Both the position numbers and the translations under genes were made by a program. This document shows positions 11,928 through 23,051 of a DNA stretch of 64,000 nt, in pieces. The notes under the pieces were generated by a model. It did not search any database, was not told the origin of the DNA, and saw only the letters and a program-made list of their open reading frames with translations. The stretch comes from a candidate division FCPU426 bacterium (GTDB taxonomy: Bacteria; Oederibacteriota; PGYV01; Palsa-1178). The DNA is taken from NCBI GenBank assembly GCA_963840035.1, contig CAWIXE010000002.1:288001-352000 (forward strand). The letters are read 5' to 3'. Each line of letters opens with the position of its first letter. The stretch's first letter is position 1.

Positions 11928-14900
11928 ATGGCACAAATCAGGGGCGCGGCAATGATTTTAGCCTTATGTTTCACGTTTGCATTCCCCGTATTCGCACAAC
12001 AGCCAAAGATAGTATCCGTTACCATGGACCCTCCAAGCCCCGGTTACGGTGATGTCGTAAATATAACCGTTACCATGTGTGTCAGCCTTTATAATAAAAC
12101 TTTCATGGACCTGGCAATATCATCTTATCCTACGCGGCAGGTACCGGGTTCAGGCGGACAGGTATTCCTGGTGCACGGCACGAATGTTGATAATTCAGCC
12201 ATCATAGACATGCCGCTTGTAAACATGCCAAATGCCATGGGCGCAAGTTTCGCCATGAATGTCACTTACACCGCGGGTGACTGCCTTGACTGCGCTCCGG
12301 GAACTCCTGATACAGGCAGGACTGTCACAAAAGTTTATAAGGTGCATATTCCAAGGCCCGAGGATTTTACTGCCTGTACCATACCCGCGCTTTATCTGCA
12401 TGTGGGCGCGAAGTATTCAAACTTAAATACGAGCGACTGGACCACTCTTTCCGGGCCGCCAAACGGCTGCCCTACAAGCGCGGCGGTCATAAGCTGGCCG
12501 GTGGAAACACCTCCGGCAAGTTTTGGAATATCAAAAAGGTCGGAGGGTTTTTTGGAAACTGCCGGGGACCTTATCCTTTATTCCATAGATTACAATTATG
12601 CCAACAGCAGCGGGCTGCAGATCATAGACGCCATACCGTCGCCCGGTACTTTTACCCTTATTTCATACGGGCCGTCTTCCATACCGCTTGGAAGCGTGAT
12701 CGCGCCGCCCGGCCCGAACCCCACAAGCGGGACCTTCACGTGGAATTTTCCCGGAAGGCTGGGCGAGCCGGGCAGACAGGAAGGCACGGCCTGGATGCTC
12801 CTTAGAATAAACAGCACTCCCGGAGGGACCGCAGTATTTACCAATAACGCCACCGCAAAGATGGCCGGGTTTCCTGACATCAACAGGCAGGTGCAGACAA
12901 GGGCGGGCCTGCCCGCGATATCGCTTTCAAAGGACCAGAGCGCGAACTCGGTGAACCTCGGCGATACCATAACATATTTCCTTTCATATAATGTAAATGG
13001 ATACGCGCTGCGTAATTTCCAGGGAATAGACAATCTGGCCAACGGCTCTTACAGCGCTGTCAGGCCGGACGGATGGAAGTTCCTTCCATTTGGCGCGGAC
13101 CCGGGGACGTGGGTGGTTTCCGACGCATGCGGCACCGGCGATAAGACCATAAAGGCAAGCTCGTCAAGTAATTCGAGCTATCCCGCCCTGCTGCTGGAGG
13201 ACGGGGATAATTTAAATGACAGCGACCAGTTCTGCACCGGCATGATAGTATCTGATTTTTACATAGACCCCGGAACATACGAGGGCGCTGACGCGCAGAT
13301 AATAATACGGAACAACGGGAAGACCGGTTCGGATGCAAGGTCCATTGGAATAGTGGCGTCCATAGACAATTTCCCCGGCCCGGGTAATTTCTTTTACCAG
13401 AAGTGCGGAGGGACCCCGCAGTGGTGCGGCGATGGCGGAGGTTCGGCATACCCCGGGTCAGGAGTTACCGCGCGCATAGGAAACATATCGGCGTTAAAGT
13501 GGTACAGGGTAAGGATAAGAGTTACAGCCATTGCCGGCGGCCAGAGAATTGAGGCAAAAATATGGGCAAGGGGAGACCCCGAACCTTCGTTATATGACAT
13601 TGCATATAATGACGCAAACCTCGGGACTAATGACTGGAAATGCGACGGCTCCGCGGGTTCGCTTTCCACGGACTGGCGGCCGGGCGTAAATGAACAGCCC
13701 GGCACGAACGGAAGCGTCAGGGATGTGTATGATAACTTCGCGATGTACGAAGCCAGGGGTTTCGGAAACGCGTTTGTGACGGATACGGTGCCGGCTGGAA
13801 TGACCTTTGCCGGGTGCAACGGCTGCTTAAATAACGGCCACGTCCCGGTCAGGTGGGACCTGGGCGCACATATAGAAAATGAGAGCGGGTCGCTTACATG
13901 GTGGGGGGTCCCGGATTGCACGGAAAACCCTGTAGTAAATGTTTCTATGATAAGTTCTGACGCTAACTTTCCCGTATTTTCAAATGAAACTTCGCTTAAA
14001 GTCATCGGATGCAATACTCCGACCGTCACTCCGACCAAGACAATGACATCCACTTTTACCGAGACTCCCACTGCAACTCCCACGCGCACTGCAACGCCTA
14101 CATATACCTACACTCTTACGGCGACCGAGACATCAACAAAGACCGCGACCCCGACCGCGACTTCCACCAGGACTGCCACGCCGACATTTACATTTACCCG
14201 CACTGCGACGGACACATATACCAGCACAGCCACTCCGACGGAAACAAGCACCAAGACCGCGACGCCTACCGCGACTGACACGAAGACATCCACCCCGACT
14301 TACACTATGACCTCCACGAGGACCTACACTCCCACCCCCACGGATACATTTACCGTCACCCATACGCGCACTGCCACGCCCACATATACATGCACGGAAA
14401 CCATATCATCAAATACGCCCACTTTTACCAGGACTTTCACCGCGACATCTACCGCCACGCCGACGTTTACAGCCACGCAGACGTATACCCCAACTTACAC
14501 GCCCACGGATACGTATACTGCCACGCCGACTTATACCATGACGCAGACGCCGTTTGTGGCTTCGCCGACGTCCACATACACAGCCACCAAAACGGCGACG
14601 GAAACGAATACCTATACAGCCACGTCCACGGCAACCCCCACTTATACTTCCACGCACACCCTGACTTCGACGCCCACATTTACATTCACCATAACGCAGT
14701 CATCCACGCGCACATCGACGCCCACGTTTACGGCCACGCCCACAATTACAGGATCGCCGACCATCACGCCTACAAGGGCGCCGTACCCGTTCTTTGTAAC
14801 CATCGGGGTATACAGCGAGAACGGCGAGCTGGTGAGATATATAGGGGAGTGGCCCACCACGCACATGATATCAAGCGCCGAGTTCACCATAGCGGGGCCG

Positions 14901-15740
14901 GTTGACGACGGCATGGTTTCCGGTGAATCGGTCATGACCATATATTTCCCGGGCGTTGAGACGGAGCAGACGCTCGGCCAGGGAGGAACATATGTCACCT
15001 GGGACGGTAAGAACAGCGGCGGCCAGGCGGTAAATTCCGGGCCGTATTATGTTTCGATAATTGAAGTTGACAAATATGACCATACGAACACGATGACGCG
15101 GGAAGTCACCATACTGCAGGGCATCTCGTACATGGAAATGAACATATTCAACACGGCGGGGGAATTAATCTATACTAAAAAAGAGATGAATAAAAAACCC
15201 AAGGACAGGATCATCCTGCGCCTGCCCGAAGAAATTTTGATAAATAAGGACGGCGGCAATGAAGTGAAAATATCCTATGGAAACGGGCCGGATGATTTCT
15301 TTTCGTGGGACGGAAGGAATAACCAGGGCATCGCTGTCACAAGCGGAACTTATGAGATGCAGGTAATATACAGCAATGAGAAAGGGCTTGTCACGGAAGG
15401 GTCCCGCCCGGTACAGATACTCAGGGAAGGCAAAAAATACCTGGGCGAGATAAAAACCTACCCGTGCCCGTACGCGGGGACAGCCGGGGGCATTACCATA
15501 AGCTGGGGCCCCGCATGCCAGGGAAAAGCCACAGTCATCATATATAACGTCGCCGGCGAGAACGTAAAAGAGATAACCTGCGGCCTTGAGGACGGAAAAA
15601 CCGTATGGGATGCCAGGTCCACAGGCGGAGACCCTGCCAGCGCCGGCATTTACATGTACAGCGTCGAGGCCAAAAATAAGGACGGCTACCTGGAGAAAAA
15701 GACGGGTAAGTTGGCGATAAGTAAAAGCAGGAAAAGATAA
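11928..15740 (+). CDS. Large secreted protein: Cys-rich N-domain, DUF11-like Ig repeats, ConA/LamG-like domain, Thr-rich stalk, three FlgD-Ig/CTD-like domains
   Basis: Signal peptide; [28 protein letters not shown]; (Tx)n tract; repeated WDG.N..G....G.Y; YPCP...IYNVAG...GIY...GKLAI. Confidence 0.8.
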   Translation: MAQIRGAAMILALCFTFAFPVFAQQPKIVSVTMDPPSPGYGDVVNITVTMCVSLYNKTFMDLAISSYPTRQVPGSGGQVFLVHGTNVDNSAIIDMPLVNMPNAMGASFAMNVTYTAGDCLDCAPGTPDTGRTVTKVYKVHIPRPEDFTACTIPALYLHVGAKYSNLNTSDWTTLSGPPNGCPTSAAVISWPVETPPASFGISKRSEGFLETAGDLILYSIDYNYANSSGLQIIDAIPSPGTFTLISYGPSSIPLGSVIAPPGPNPTSGTFTWNFPGRLGEPGRQEGTAWMLLRINSTPGGTAVFTNNATAKMAGFPDINRQVQTRAGLPAISLSKDQSANSVNLGDTITYFLSYNVNGYALRNFQGIDNLANGSYSAVRPDGWKFLPFGADPGTWVVSDACGTGDKTIKASSSSNSSYPALLLEDGDNLNDSDQFCTGMIVSDFYIDPGTYEGADAQIIIRNNGKTGSDARSIGIVASIDNFPGPGNFFYQKCGGTPQWCGDGGGSAYPGSGVTARIGNISALKWYRVRIRVTAIAGGQRIEAKIWARGDPEPSLYDIAYNDANLGTNDWKCDGSAGSLSTDWRPGVNEQPGTNGSVRDVYDNFAMYEARGFGNAFVTDTVPAGMTFAGCNGCLNNGHVPVRWDLGAHIENESGSLTWWGVPDCTENPVVNVSMISSDANFPVFSNETSLKVIGCNTPTVTPTKTMTSTFTETPTATPTRTATPTYTYTLTATETSTKTATPTATSTRTATPTFTFTRTATDTYTSTATPTETSTKTATPTATDTKTSTPTYTMTSTRTYTPTPTDTFTVTHTRTATPTYTCTETISSNTPTFTRTFTATSTATPTFTATQTYTPTYTPTDTYTATPTYTMTQTPFVASPTSTYTATKTATETNTYTATSTATPTYTSTHTLTSTPTFTFTITQSSTRTSTPTFTATPTITGSPTITPTRAPYPFFVTIGVYSENGELVRYIGEWPTTHMISSAEFTIAGPVDDGMVSGESVMTIYFPGVETEQTLGQGGTYVTWDGKNSGGQAVNSGPYYVSIIEVDKYDHTNTMTREVTILQGISYMEMNIFNTAGELIYTKKEMNKKPKDRIILRLPEEILINKDGGNEVKISYGNGPDDFFSWDGRNNQGIAVTSGTYEMQVIYSNEKGLVTEGSRPVQILREGKKYLGEIKTYPCPYAGTAGGITISWGPACQGKATVIIYNVAGENVKEITCGLEDGKTVWDARSTGGDPASAGIYMYSVEAKNKDGYLEKKTGKLAISKSRKR

Positions 15741-15844
15741 TTTTATATTTTCAATTTTAAATTTTCAATTAAAGGCCTGAAATTGCCGCAGGCCCGTTTG
15801 TTTTGCCGTTTAATTGAAAATTGAAAATTCAGAATTGAAAATTC
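15740..15844. repeat. Heptamer hairpin element TTTTCAA family
   Basis: ttttatattttcaattttaaattttcaattaa ... ttaattgaaaattgaaaattcagaattgaaaatt. Confidence 0.9.
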
Positions 15845-15923
15845 GTTTTATTATAGAATTTCCCCCCGTTTACTGCTATAATACTCCCGTTTTCAAATAA
15901 TTTATTTATTTTTGCGGGGGAAT

Positions 15924-16880
15924 ATGGCTGATCGCGATGTTGAAAAGGAATTAAAAGAGATAAAAGAAGAACTGAAAAAGCTGCAGAAGCTTGAAGTTTC
16001 GATACAGGAACGCTATGAGGAACTCTTAAAGAAGGAAGAGGCTTATTTAGGCGAAATCAATGAATCCATTGAAAAAGAGCTTACTGTTATTGTCCTGGGC
16101 ACCGTAAAAAAGACCATAAACAAGGAAATGACCGCCTTAAAGATGCTCAGGCGCCATATAAGAAACCAGGTGCGGCATCAGGTGTCAAAGGAAATCAAAT
16201 CCTCCATATCAAAACTCCTTCCCGAACTTAACAAAATGATCAAGGACGAAGTTAAAAAGACGTCGCTTGACATCATAAACCAGCTAAAAAGGCAGACAGG
16301 AAAACAGCTTGAAAAAGAAGTTGTTGAGCAGATTAAGGAATCTACATCCGCTCTCGTGGAACAAAAGGAAGAATCAGAACGCAAGGCCATCATTGATTCC
16401 TTAACCGGATGCTTTAACAGACGGTATTTTGAGACAAAACTTGAGGACGAGCTCAACCTCGCAAAAAGGTTCAGGACAAAAATAGCCCTTATCATGTTTG
16501 ATATAGACCACTTTAAAAAGGTAAACGACACATACGGGCACCAGGCCGGCGATACCGTACTTCAGGAAGTCGTGGTCACAGCCAAAAGCTGCCTTTCATC
16601 GGCTGACTCGCTGTGCAGGTACGGCGGCGAAGAATTCGCGGTCATCATGCCTGAGACGGAGATAAGCGAGGCCATAGACATAGCCGAGCGCATGAGGAAG
16701 GCTATAGAAGAGCACGCGTTCTACGGCGGAGAGACTTTGATTAACGTCACCATAAGCATAGGAATTTCGGAGTATCCGGAACACGCAATCATAAAGGAAG
16801 CCATCATAGAAAAGGCGGATGGCGCCCTTTACACCGCGAAGAACTCCGGCAGAAACAACACCAAAATCGCGATCAAATAA
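15924..16880 (+). CDS. Coiled-coil diguanylate cyclase (GGDEF)
   Basis: DSLTG, DIDHFKKVNDTYGH, RYGGEEF; no RxxD I-site. Confidence 0.92.
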   Translation: MADRDVEKELKEIKEELKKLQKLEVSIQERYEELLKKEEAYLGEINESIEKELTVIVLGTVKKTINKEMTALKMLRRHIRNQVRHQVSKEIKSSISKLLPELNKMIKDEVKKTSLDIINQLKRQTGKQLEKEVVEQIKESTSALVEQKEESERKAIIDSLTGCFNRRYFETKLEDELNLAKRFRTKIALIMFDIDHFKKVNDTYGHQAGDTVLQEVVVTAKSCLSSADSLCRYGGEEFAVIMPETEISEAIDIAERMRKAIEEHAFYGGETLINVTISIGISEYPEHAIIKEAIIEKADGALYTAKNSGRNNTKIAIK

Positions 16881-16882
16881 TA

Positions 16883-17623
16883 ATGTCTGAAAAAAACTAC
16901 AAGTGCGTAGTAGCATATGACGGGACCGGGTACCACGGATGGCAGAAACAGGAGTCGTTTGAAACCGTACAGGGAGTCATTGAATACGCCCTTGAAAAAC
17001 TTTTTGAAAAAAAGATCAGCGTTACTGCGGCAAGCCGCACCGACTCGGGCGTGCACGCGCACGGCAATGTTTTTAATTTCAAGGTTAAAACCCCTTACGC
17101 GGCTGACGGCATCCGCAGTCTTTTGAATACGCTTCTGCCGTCTGACATAAAGATTATGTCCTGCCGCGCCGCTGACGACAGGTTCTCGGCGCGCACCGGC
17201 GCGAAAAAAAAGTTTTACCGCTACATGATATGGAACAGGCCCAACATGCTGCCCGTGCACGTTGATTTCGCGTGGCACTTCAGGGACAGGATAAACGCGG
17301 ATAAAATCAGGGAAATAATCCCGCTTTTTATCGGAATGAAGAATTACCTGACTTTTTCGGCGGCCAGCTCGGACGCGAAAAGGTATGAGCGCGAGTTAAA
17401 GTCCATAACCGTGTCAAAAAAAGGCCCCTGGATCATAATAGATTACAAAGGAAAAAGCTTCCTTCATAATATGCTGCGTAAAGTCACGGCGGCGCTTGTA
17501 TACTACGCCAAGGGCTCGCTTACGCGCGCGCAGGTGGAAAAGATGTTTGAAAAGCAGGACCGCTCGCTGATGCAGTACATGGCGCCCCCGCAGGGGCTGT
17601 ATCTGGTGAAGATAATCTATTAA
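16883..17623 (+). CDS. truA: tRNA pseudouridine(38-40) synthase
   Basis: YDGTGYHGWQ, SRTDSGVHA, FLHNMLR, APPQGLYL. Confidence 0.95.
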   Translation: MSEKNYKCVVAYDGTGYHGWQKQESFETVQGVIEYALEKLFEKKISVTAASRTDSGVHAHGNVFNFKVKTPYAADGIRSLLNTLLPSDIKIMSCRAADDRFSARTGAKKKFYRYMIWNRPNMLPVHVDFAWHFRDRINADKIREIIPLFIGMKNYLTFSAASSDAKRYERELKSITVSKKGPWIIIDYKGKSFLHNMLRKVTAALVYYAKGSLTRAQVEKMFEKQDRSLMQYMAPPQGLYLVKIIY

Positions 17624-17705
17624 CTTGAAACTGAAAGCTGAAAACTGAAAGCTGGAGCGTTTTTAAGCTTCAACTTTCAGTTTTAAGTTTTAAATTTTAA
17701 GTTAA
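17621..17705. repeat. Heptamer hairpin element (TGAAAGC family)
   Basis: taacttgaaactgaaagctgaaaactgaaagctg ... caactttcagttttaagttttaaattttaagtta. Confidence 0.85.
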
Positions 17706-17717
17706 AGGGAGTTTTGA

Positions 17718-20411
17718 TTGAAAACATTCTACATCATCGACGGCAACAGTTTCGCCTACAGGGCGTTTTTTGCCATGCCGCCTTTGACCGGGCCTTCGGG
17801 CGCGGAAGTGCACGCGGTTTTTGGCTTTTATAATATGGTGATGCGCATCATTAAGACTAAAAAGCCGGATTACATAGCCCTCACCTTTGACCACCCCAAG
17901 CCCACGCACCGCCATAAAAAATTCGCGGATTACAAGATACAGCGGGAAAAAATGCCCGAGTCCCTGCAGGCGCAGATGAAAATGATAAAGGACATCGCGC
18001 TGCACTCCAACTTCGCGGTATTTGAACAGGAGGGTTATGAAGCTGACGACATCATAGCCGCCGCTTCGGTGGAAGTGTCAAAAACAACTGATTTTGTGAT
18101 AGCCTCATCGGATAAGGACATGATGCAGCTGGTCACGGACAGGGTCTCCATTTACAAATACACAAAAGGCGGGGAAATAATCTTAACCCCGGATAAGATA
18201 AGGGAACTCTTAGGCATCGACCCGGTAAATGTCGTTGACGTCCTGGCTTTAATGGGCGACGCCTCCGATAATATACCCGGAGTGGACGGCATCGGCGAGA
18301 AAACCGCGTATAAGCTGGTCCAGGAATTCAAAACAATAGACAACCTGTATAAGAACCTGGATAAGATAAAATCGGAATCACAGCGCGAAAAATTAAAGTC
18401 AGGCGAGGCAAATGCCAGGCTATCGCACGAGCTCGCGCTTTTGCAGGCTGATACAAGCCTTTTAAAGACCATCAACTTTGATATGAAAGCATGCGCCGTA
18501 TCCCTTATTGACACCGAGGTCCTGGACGGGCAGTTTGTAAACTATAACTTCAAGTCGCTGGTGGGCGATAAAAGCGTAATCATAAAACAAGCGGGGAGGG
18601 TGAATGACGATGCACAAAACAAAAGTAATAAAGAGGCTGAAAAAGATGTACGGAAGGACGACAAAAAGGCAGAAGAGGGTAAGGCAGAAAAAGAAAAAGT
18701 AGCGCCCGGGGAGATAAAGTTATTACGGGCGGATGAGGCGGAAAAGGCCGTGAGCGGCAAGGGACCTTTGGTAATGGTCTTTGACGGGGATGAAAACGGC
18801 GTGGAATTCTTATCGATACGCTCCGGGGAGAGGTCTTACTGCGTCTGCGGAGGCATCCAGGGAAAACCGGACATAACAGGCAGGGAAGTACTGACAAATT
18901 CGGCGAAACTGCTTTATAAATATTCCCGCGGGAATCCGGATAAAGTCAGCGATTTCATGCTGATGGCCTACCTTTTAAATCCCGAGAAATCATACGGCCA
19001 TCATTCCCTCGTGTTTTCGGAATTTTTAAACGGCGTATTCCTTTCATACGAGGATGTCACCGGCAGGGGCGCCAAAAAAGTAGCGGCGGATATGGCCGAC
19101 CCTGAAGCCCTTTCAAAATACGCGGCGTCAACGCTGGCCGCGGCCGTTGAAACGGACACCGTGCTTAATGAAAAGCTTATCGCTGAAAAACTTGGCCCGG
19201 TTTATAATGACATTGAACTGCCGCTTTCACGGGTGCTTGCGGACATGGAGATAAACGGGCTTAAGATCGACTCGGTTTATCTGGATGAGCTCATCACAAA
19301 GACCGCGGCGGAAATAGGCAGGATAGAAAAACGCGTATATAAGCAGGCGGACGGCGAATTCAACATCAATTCGCCCAAGCAGCTCGGCGAGGTGCTCTTT
19401 GAAAAACTCAACCTGCCGAAACAGAAGAAGACCAAGACCGGGTACTCCACGGATAACGAGGTTTTATCCGCGCTTGAGCGCAGCCATCCGGTAGTGGCGG
19501 ACATCCTCAAATACAGGACGCTGAACAAATTAAAGACCGGATTTCTTGACGCGATAAAGATGAAACTGAACCCTGATGGAAAACTTTACCCTGATTATAA
19601 CCAGACAGTGGCCGCAACCGGACGCCTGTCGTCGTCAAACCCCAACATCCAGAACATACCGGTCAGGGGAGAGGAAGGCAGGGAGATAAGGAAAATATTC
19701 CTGCCGCTTGACAGGAGGGAAAAACTCATTAAGGCGGACTACTCACAAATAGAGCTGCGCATACTCGCGCACATGTCCGGGGATGAAAAACTTATTGAGG
19801 CTTTTAAAAAAGGCGATGACATTCACTCCATAACCGCGTCGGAAGTATTCGGAATACCGGCAGAGTTTTTAAACAAAGACCACAGGCGCGTTGCAAAGAC
19901 CATAAACTTCGGAATCATATACGGAATATCGGCATACGGCCTGGCAAAGCAGCTTTCGGTATCTAATACGGAGGCGGCGGATTTTATAGACAGGTTCTTT
20001 TTCACCTTCCCAAAGGTCAGGGAATATCAGGAGGCGACAAAGATAAGCGCCGCGGAGAAAGGCTATGTGGAGACCTTAACCGGGAGGAAGCGCTTCATGG
20101 CGAATATAAATTCGGCAAACAGGAACATAAGGGAATTCGCGGAGCGCGCCGCCATAAACGCGCCCATTCAGGGCACCGCCGCGGACATTATAAAGATAGC
20201 GATGATAAACATAAATGAAGAGTTTAAAAAAACAGCCATTAATGCTAAAATGATCCTGCAGGTGCACGACGAACTTGTTTTCAGCGTGCCGCAGTCCGAA
20301 CTTGTAAAGGTCAGGAAGACAGTCAGGGAAAAAATGGAGGGCGCGCTGAAGCTCGGCGTGCCCGTCACCGTGACAATGGGAGAAGGAGACAACTGGTATG
20401 AGTGCGGCTAA
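17718..20411 (+). CDS. polA: DNA polymerase I
   Basis: 5'-3' exonuclease (IDGNSFAYRAF, EADD, GDASDNIPGV) and Pol A motifs DYSQIELR, AKTINFGIIYG, QVHDEL. Confidence 0.97.
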   Translation: MKTFYIIDGNSFAYRAFFAMPPLTGPSGAEVHAVFGFYNMVMRIIKTKKPDYIALTFDHPKPTHRHKKFADYKIQREKMPESLQAQMKMIKDIALHSNFAVFEQEGYEADDIIAAASVEVSKTTDFVIASSDKDMMQLVTDRVSIYKYTKGGEIILTPDKIRELLGIDPVNVVDVLALMGDASDNIPGVDGIGEKTAYKLVQEFKTIDNLYKNLDKIKSESQREKLKSGEANARLSHELALLQADTSLLKTINFDMKACAVSLIDTEVLDGQFVNYNFKSLVGDKSVIIKQAGRVNDDAQNKSNKEAEKDVRKDDKKAEEGKAEKEKVAPGEIKLLRADEAEKAVSGKGPLVMVFDGDENGVEFLSIRSGERSYCVCGGIQGKPDITGREVLTNSAKLLYKYSRGNPDKVSDFMLMAYLLNPEKSYGHHSLVFSEFLNGVFLSYEDVTGRGAKKVAADMADPEALSKYAASTLAAAVETDTVLNEKLIAEKLGPVYNDIELPLSRVLADMEINGLKIDSVYLDELITKTAAEIGRIEKRVYKQADGEFNINSPKQLGEVLFEKLNLPKQKKTKTGYSTDNEVLSALERSHPVVADILKYRTLNKLKTGFLDAIKMKLNPDGKLYPDYNQTVAATGRLSSSNPNIQNIPVRGEEGREIRKIFLPLDRREKLIKADYSQIELRILAHMSGDEKLIEAFKKGDDIHSITASEVFGIPAEFLNKDHRRVAKTINFGIIYGISAYGLAKQLSVSNTEAADFIDRFFFTFPKVREYQEATKISAAEKGYVETLTGRKRFMANINSANRNIREFAERAAINAPIQGTAADIIKIAMININEEFKKTAINAKMILQVHDELVFSVPQSELVKVRKTVREKMEGALKLGVPVTVTMGEGDNWYECG

Positions 20412-21036
20412 AAAAACAACTGTTGTTGCAATTACCGGAAACACAAAAGCGGGAAAAAGCGAGGCGGCGGAGCACCTGAAGGAAACATATCCGGTCATAG
20501 ATGTTGACAAGCTCGCCCATACGCTTTACAAAAAAGGCACCCCTCTTTACAGGGTATTAAAACGCAAATACGGGCCGGTCATAATCAAAAAAGACGGCGA
20601 CATAAACAGGCGCATACTCGGGGAAATCATCTTCGGGGACAGGCGCGACTACTGGGATTTTACGTGCATAGTATATCCGGCCCTGATTAAAAAACTCAAA
20701 AATGAAATAAAAGGCTATACAGACCCTGTCGTGGTGCTGGATATGGCCGTTTTATTTGAAAGCGGTTTTTACACGCAGGCGGACAGGATAATATTCATCA
20801 GGGCGTCCAATAAGCAGTGGAAAAAACGCGTTGAGACCGAGTCTGACCGCCGGTATTTTGAAAAAATACGCAAATTTCAGGAATTTTTCCCCACATCGAA
20901 AAAGATTGCATTAAGCGATTATATTGTTTATAATAATGAAGATAAGGAACAACTTCACGAAAAAGCTGATAAAATAATGGAAAAAATCAGGAAGGAGCAT
21001 TATGGACCCGAAAGAGCAGGAAGAAGCCGTAAATAA
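20398..21036 (+). CDS. coaE: Dephospho-CoA kinase
   Basis: AITGNTKAGKS P-loop (divergent), IDVDKLAH, INRRILG, LFESG; polA-coaE synteny. Confidence 0.85.
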   Translation: MSAAKKTTVVAITGNTKAGKSEAAEHLKETYPVIDVDKLAHTLYKKGTPLYRVLKRKYGPVIIKKDGDINRRILGEIIFGDRRDYWDFTCIVYPALIKKLKNEIKGYTDPVVVLDMAVLFESGFYTQADRIIFIRASNKQWKKRVETESDRRYFEKIRKFQEFFPTSKKIALSDYIVYNNEDKEQLHEKADKIMEKIRKEHYGPERAGRSRK

Positions 21037-21868
21037 AATTCTAGGCAAGATCAAGGCGCTCCCGACGCTTTCACTTGTTGTGGCAAAGGTCATACAGGTA
21101 GTCTCCAACCCCCTTACTTCAGCTTCTGATCTAAGCAAGATAATCACCGTAGACCAGGCATTAACCGCCAAGGTTTTAAGGCTGGCAAATTCCGCGTTTT
21201 ACGGTTTCCCATTCAGGATAAAAAACATAACCCAGGCCGTATCCATACTCGGGTTTGATACCATAAGGAACCTGGCGCTCACCGTTTCGGTATATAAGGT
21301 GTTTACAGGCGAGAATGACTCTGAATTTTCACACCAGGACTTCTGGAAGCACTGCGTGGGCGTGGCTATTTGCGCCAGCCTGCTTGCCAGGAGGATCAAA
21401 TATAAATCACCCGAAGGCGCGTTCACGGCAGGGCTGCTCCATGACATAGGAAAGAATTTCTTTGAGCAGTACATGAACAAGGAATACAGGGAAGTCCTGA
21501 AATACGCCAAGGAAAAGAACAAGTCCATTTATTTAGCCGAGCAGGAAAAACTTTCCATAGACCATGCCATAGTGGGAAAAATGATGGCTGAGAAATGGAA
21601 CCTGCCGCATGAACTGGCGGCGGGCATCGCGGCCCACCACCACCCGGAAAAAGAAGAGGAAGAGACGGTCATGGCGCACATCATAAACGTGGCTGATATC
21701 ATATGCAAGAAGCAGTCGATAGGCTTTTCCGGGGACACGGTGGATATGCCGGTCTCCAAGGAAGGCAGGGAACTTTTTGCACTGGATGAGGCAGGAGAGG
21801 CGCAGTTAATAGCCTCGCTGGAAAAAGAGCTTAAAGAGGCCGAAGCTTTTGTCAACATGCCCCAATAA
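21002..21868 (+). CDS. HDOD domain protein
   Basis: LPTL, DQALTAKVLRLANSAFYG, FWKH, GLLHDIGK, DHAIVG. Confidence 0.92.
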   Translation: MDPKEQEEAVNKILGKIKALPTLSLVVAKVIQVVSNPLTSASDLSKIITVDQALTAKVLRLANSAFYGFPFRIKNITQAVSILGFDTIRNLALTVSVYKVFTGENDSEFSHQDFWKHCVGVAICASLLARRIKYKSPEGAFTAGLLHDIGKNFFEQYMNKEYREVLKYAKEKNKSIYLAEQEKLSIDHAIVGKMMAEKWNLPHELAAGIAAHHHPEKEEEETVMAHIINVADIICKKQSIGFSGDTVDMPVSKEGRELFALDEAGEAQLIASLEKELKEAEAFVNMPQ

Positions 21869-21893
21869 TTTTTGCGGCATACGGAGGAAATAA

Positions 21894-23051
21894 TTGAGCC
21901 TTACTGAAGAGGAAATAAAGGAAATAAAGGAACTCAAAGAGTACATAGGGAACCTCGAAGTAATTAACGAGGGGCTCAGGCGCTCCTTTGAGGAGATGAC
22001 AACGCTTTACAGGCTTGTTGATATCATAACCGAGGCGAAAACGCTTGAACGCGTGCTTAATTCGCTGCTGGACCTGGTGGCAGAGATAATCCCGTGCGAC
22101 GGCGCCATACTGTTTCTGACCGATGAGACTACGGGAGAGCTTGACATAGTCTTAAAACGCAACATTAACAGGAAGATTGAAAACAAGGTAAACCTGCAGA
22201 ACAAGCAAAAAGTCATAGACTGGGCCCTTAAAAAAGGCAAGACGATTGCCATGCCCGACACGGACGAAGACGCTTCCGAATCGGACAAGGTGACTTTTGT
22301 GCTGGTGCCCTTAATCGCCCACGACAAACCCGTCGGCTTAATTGACATCATCACAGACACGCCCGAAGGCGACATCACGTCGAAAGACCTTTCCCTTTTA
22401 ACCATTCTCGCGAAGCAGGCCGCGCTCTCCATAGAAAATGTAAAATTATACGAGTCCATGAAAAAGGACCAGATAAGCATTATCAGGGCGCTCTCATCCA
22501 CTGTGGACGCCAAGGACCACCATACGCTTGGCCATTCGCAGAGGGTGTCGGAATATTCGCTGCGCATAGCCGAGGCTCTCGAACTGCCGGAGAGGGAAAT
22601 AGAAGTTGTCAAGTACGCCGCGCTGCTGCACGACATCGGCAAGATAGCCATCCCGGACGACATCATAAAAAAACCTTCGCGTTTAACCCCTGAGGAGTTT
22701 GAGCAGGTCAGGAAACACCCGGTAATCGGCGCGAGGATAATCAAGGAAATAGACTCACTGGCGCCAATGGTGCCGATAATACTGCACCATCACGAGCGGT
22801 TTGACGGCAAAGGATATCCGGACGGGCTTAAAGGGGAAAATATTCCCATGGGCGCGAGGATCGTGCATGTCGCTGACGCGTATGAGACGATGGTGACGGC
22901 GCGGACATACAGGGACATGCTGCCGCCAGAGCTGGCGGTGTCGGAACTCAGGAAGAACGCGGGGACCCAGTTTGACCCGCGCGTGGTCGAAGCGTTTATC
23001 CCAATACTGAGGAAGAATTCGGTGGTATATGAAGATCAAGGCGGATCCTGA
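21894..23051 (+). CDS. GAF + HD-GYP phosphodiesterase
   Basis: LVPL...AALSIEN GAF; HSQRV, LHDIGK, HHERFDGKGYPDGL. Confidence 0.93.
   Translation: MSLTEEEIKEIKELKEYIGNLEVINEGLRRSFEEMTTLYRLVDIITEAKTLERVLNSLLDLVAEIIPCDGAILFLTDETTGELDIVLKRNINRKIENKVNLQNKQKVIDWALKKGKTIAMPDTDEDASESDKVTFVLVPLIAHDKPVGLIDIITDTPEGDITSKDLSLLTILAKQAALSIENVKLYESMKKDQISIIRALSSTVDAKDHHTLGHSQRVSEYSLRIAEALELPEREIEVVKYAALLHDIGKIAIPDDIIKKPSRLTPEEFEQVRKHPVIGARIIKEIDSLAPMVPIILHHHERFDGKGYPDGLKGENIPMGARIVHVADAYETMVTARTYRDMLPPELAVSELRKNAGTQFDPRVVEAFIPILRKNSVVYEDQGGS

Noticed and set aside
13394..14998. Val/Gly-rich antisense and His-rich alternate-frame ORFs (also 47028-48146, 55773-56967, 59090-60286)
   Set aside because: Shadows of ACN-rich Thr codons in the real + strand genes
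18590..18710. Lys/Glu-rich insertion in PolA as an intein or mobile insert
   Set aside because: Short, lacks intein motifs and lies in the normally variable interdomain linker
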